Shown here: piece by piece, positions 62,449-64,000 of the stretch
Position numbering within the stretch: the stretch's first letter is position 1
Layout: every line of letters begins with the position of its first letter
From: Escherichia phage ukendt
DNA length: 64,000 nt
Sequence record: NC_052661.1
Direction: 5' to 3' (one strand)
The notes under the pieces: model-generated
Database searches by the model: none
Seen by the model: the letters and a program-made list of their open reading frames with translations, nothing else
What the model was told of the DNA's origin: nothing
Made by a program: the position numbers and the translations under genes

Positions 62449-62533
62449 GGTGAGTTAATTCCGTAGGGGTAGCGGGGCAGACTGTAAATCTGTTATCATT
62501 GCGATTCGGGTGGTTCGACTCCATCACTCACCA
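62449..62533 (+). tRNA. tRNA-Tyr (anticodon GTA), class II
   Basis: loop CTGTAAA, long variable arm, discriminator A; 5-nt spacer between acceptor and D-stem is atypical. Confidence 0.65.
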
Positions 62534-62542
62534 CCAAATTAA

Positions 62543-62625
62543 GATGAGTTGGCTGAATGGTTTAAGCGGCGGACTGTTAATCCGTGTTCGAAAGAACAAT
62601 ATAGGTTCGAATCCTATACTCATCG
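62543..62625 (+). tRNA. atypical tRNA: Ser-type class II body with anticodon GTT (Asn codons)
   Basis: acceptor GATGAGT/ACTCATC, 3-bp D-stem, stem GCGGA/TCCGT, loop CTGTTAA, 15-nt variable arm, discriminator G. Confidence 0.6.
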
Positions 62626-62635
62626 CCAGAATTAT

Positions 62636-62711
62636 GGACTTGTAGAGTTAAGGTAAACCCCCAGTCGCCAATAGGCTTCTGGAATTGCAGGTATCGAATC
62701 CTGCCGAGTCC
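62636..62711 (+). tRNA. tRNA-like element (acceptor and T-arm pair, anticodon arm not foldable); possible pseudo-tRNA
   Basis: GGACTTG/CGAGTCC acceptor pairing and GCAGG..CCTGC T-stem with 8-nt loop; no canonical anticodon stem found. Confidence 0.25.
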
Positions 62712-62718
62712 CAGCATT

Positions 62719-62790
62719 GCTCCTATAGTATAATGGCTATTACAACGGTTTTGTAATCCGTGGATCTCTGTTCGATTCAGTGTGGGAGCA
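62719..62790 (+). tRNA. tRNA-Thr (anticodon TGT)
   Basis: acceptor GCTCCTA/TGGGAGC, loop TTTGTAA, T-loop TTCGATT; a few stem mismatches. Confidence 0.65.
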
Positions 62791-63065
62791 CCAACACAAC
62801 ATTAAGAGCACTGTGATTGATCGTCGTATCCTGTGCACAAGGTCTGCTCGAAAGACAGTGTTCTTAGTATTGTGTTGATCACAAAAAGAGTCACCCGAAA
62901 CTTGACCGGAGTAGGGTTGGATGGGGCAAAATGAGAAGCGGCTCTCCCATCGACAGCAACGAAGAATAATATTTGACTTTGGTTTTGTATTATTTAAGTT
63001 AGCTTACCGAACGTAGGGCTAGTCACCCAACGGGATACTCGTCACTGTCCCAATCAATAAAAGTC

Positions 63066-63095
63066 TTGACAACAAATAGTAAAATGTAGTATAGT
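63066..63095 (+). promoter_or_regulatory. promoter TTGACA-N18-TATAGT before tRNA-Gly
   Basis: hexamers 63066-63071 and 63090-63095. Confidence 0.5.
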
Positions 63096-63106
63096 AAAGA
63101 TATAGG

Positions 63107-63177
63107 GCGTTCTTGGTGTAGCGGTAGCATTCCGTCCTTCCAAGTCGGCGGCACGAGTTCGATCCTCGTAGAACGCT
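63107..63177 (+). tRNA. tRNA-Gly (anticodon TCC)
   Basis: acceptor GCGTTCT/AGAACGC, loop CTTCCAA, T-arm ACGAG-TTCGATC-CTCGT, discriminator T; D-arm weak. Confidence 0.6.
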
Positions 63178-63277
63178 CCAAATTATTTAATAAAGGGTTG
63201 CCAGAAAACTTTCTCTTTTACTCATGGTTTTCTCCTTCTCTCACACTTCTTCTGGTTGCCCTTCATTAAATGATTTT

Positions 63278-63350
63278 TGGTTTGTAGTGTAGTCCGGTAG
63301 CACACGACACTTTGACTGTCGTAGGTTTGGTTCAAATCCAGACAGACCAG
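63278..63350 (+). tRNA. tRNA-Gln (anticodon TTG)
   Basis: U1-A72 start, stem CGACA/TGTCG, loop CTTTGAC, discriminator G, CCA encoded. Confidence 0.75.
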
Positions 63351-63358
63351 CCATATAA

Positions 63359-63432
63359 CGGAATTTAGCTCAGTTTGGTAGAGTGTACGCTTTGGGAGCG
63401 TATTGTCGCAGGTTCGAATCCTGCAATTCCGA
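63359..63432 (+). tRNA. tRNA-Pro (anticodon TGG)
   Basis: acceptor CGGAATT/AATTCCG, stem TACGC/GCGTA, loop TTTGGGA, T-arm GCAGG-TTCGAAT-CCTGC. Confidence 0.8.
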
Positions 63433-63441
63433 CCAATTAAA

Positions 63442-63512
63442 TGTTTCGTAGTTCAATGGTAGAACCCACGACTGATAATCGTGAGACACAAGTTCGATTC
63501 TTGTCGAAACAA
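63442..63512 (+). tRNA. tRNA-Ile (anticodon GAT)
   Basis: acceptor TGTTTCG/CGAAACA, D-stem GTTC/GAAC, stem CACGA/TCGTG, loop CTGATAA. Confidence 0.75.
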
Positions 63513-63517
63513 CCAGT

Positions 63518-63587
63518 TTCCCGTTAGACTTACAGGATAAGAGTTCCACAGCTTATTGTGATGCTGGTTCGAATCCAGCACGGGATA
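63518..63587 (+). tRNA. tRNA-like element with canonical T-arm but non-canonical anticodon arm; possible pseudo-tRNA
   Basis: T-arm GCTGG-TTCGAAT-CCAGC and acceptor pairing present; only a 5-bp stem with 4-nt loop (CACAG-CTTA-TTGTG) found. Confidence 0.3.
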
Positions 63588-63593
63588 CATAAT

Positions 63594-63669
63594 AGCGGGA
63601 TAGAGGAGTCTGGTCGTCCTCGCCAGTTTCATATGCTGGAGATCATTGGTTCAAATCCGATTCCCGCCT
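63594..63669 (+). tRNA. tRNA, anticodon CAT, initiator-like (1:72 mismatch, T-loop TTCAAAT)
   Basis: acceptor AGCGGGA/TCCCGCC with A1-C72 mismatch, D-stem GAGG/CCTC, stem CCAGT/GCTGG, loop TTCATAT. Confidence 0.6.
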
Positions 63670-63787
63670 CCAAATATCGCTTGCCAGCGGTATCTTTGAA
63701 GACCTTGCCTGGTTCCTTCTAAGATGGAGGGGTGCGACTCCTTAACGCACAATTATAATAAAGCATTTCAAATTAACAGTATTTATT

Positions 63788-63811
63788 AGCCTCCTTATTG
63801 GAGGCTTTTTG
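63788..63811 (+). terminator. rho-independent terminator AGCCTCC-TTATT-GGAGGCT-TTTT
   Basis: perfect 7-bp stem plus T-tract after tRNA cluster. Confidence 0.75.
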
Positions 63812-63827
63812 CTATCTATTGAATAAA

Positions 63828-63855
63828 ACTTGACTTATTATTTTTTATATGTTAA
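63828..63855 (+). promoter_or_regulatory. promoter TTGACT with TG-n-TAAGAT
   Basis: same architecture as 61513 and 62100; followed by RBS aggagg and ATG 63881. Confidence 0.5.
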
Positions 63856-63880
63856 GATAAAGTTTAGGAGGATTTTATTA

Positions 63881-64000
63881 TGCCTAAACTAAAACGTGGT
63901 CGTGGAAGACCAACAGCCGAAATGCAACAGATCTACGCAATGGATGCGGCGCAAGCAAGTGTAAAAGAATTATTTGCAGAGCATTATTTAGAAGCTATGC
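63881..64000 (+). CDS. hypothetical protein, 5' partial at window edge; N-terminal KRGRGRP AT-hook-like motif
   Basis: ATG after RBS aggaggatttt; ORF runs off the window. Confidence 0.5.

Overview
This window reads as a segment of a large virulent tailed-phage genome; the gene content (small early genes, tRNA cluster, T4-type lysozyme, PhoH, Ser/Thr phosphatase, class Ia RNR, flap endonuclease, 5'-nucleotidase) resembles T5-like phages, but that placement is my inference from memory, not a database result. Layout: (i) 1-5.9 kb, plus-strand array of about 20 very small ORFs, GC-richer than the rest, each unit driven by a near-identical promoter followed by a GC-rich hairpin; (ii) 5.9-7.4 kb, ORF-free A+C-skewed region with palindromes; (iii) 7.4-24.2 kb, plus-strand block of about 55 small hypothetical genes with several paralog families and one serine recombinase; (iv) 24.2-60.3 kb, minus-strand block with nucleotide metabolism (nrdAB, glutaredoxin, ThyX, 5'-nucleotidase), a complete rmlABCD dTDP-rhamnose operon, lysozyme, PhoH, an RNA-repair module, FEN, and Sir2-like, HslV-like and methyltransferase-like genes; (v) 61.7-63.7 kb, a cluster of 12 tRNAs plus 2 tRNA-like elements. 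Most interesting candidates: the reiterated promoter-hairpin cassettes, the Ser-type tRNA carrying an Asn (GUU) anticodon, the split RNA-repair module, the phage rmlABCD operon, and the FEN gene with no canonical start codon. All tRNA folds, motif calls and coordinates were done by eye and need tool confirmation.
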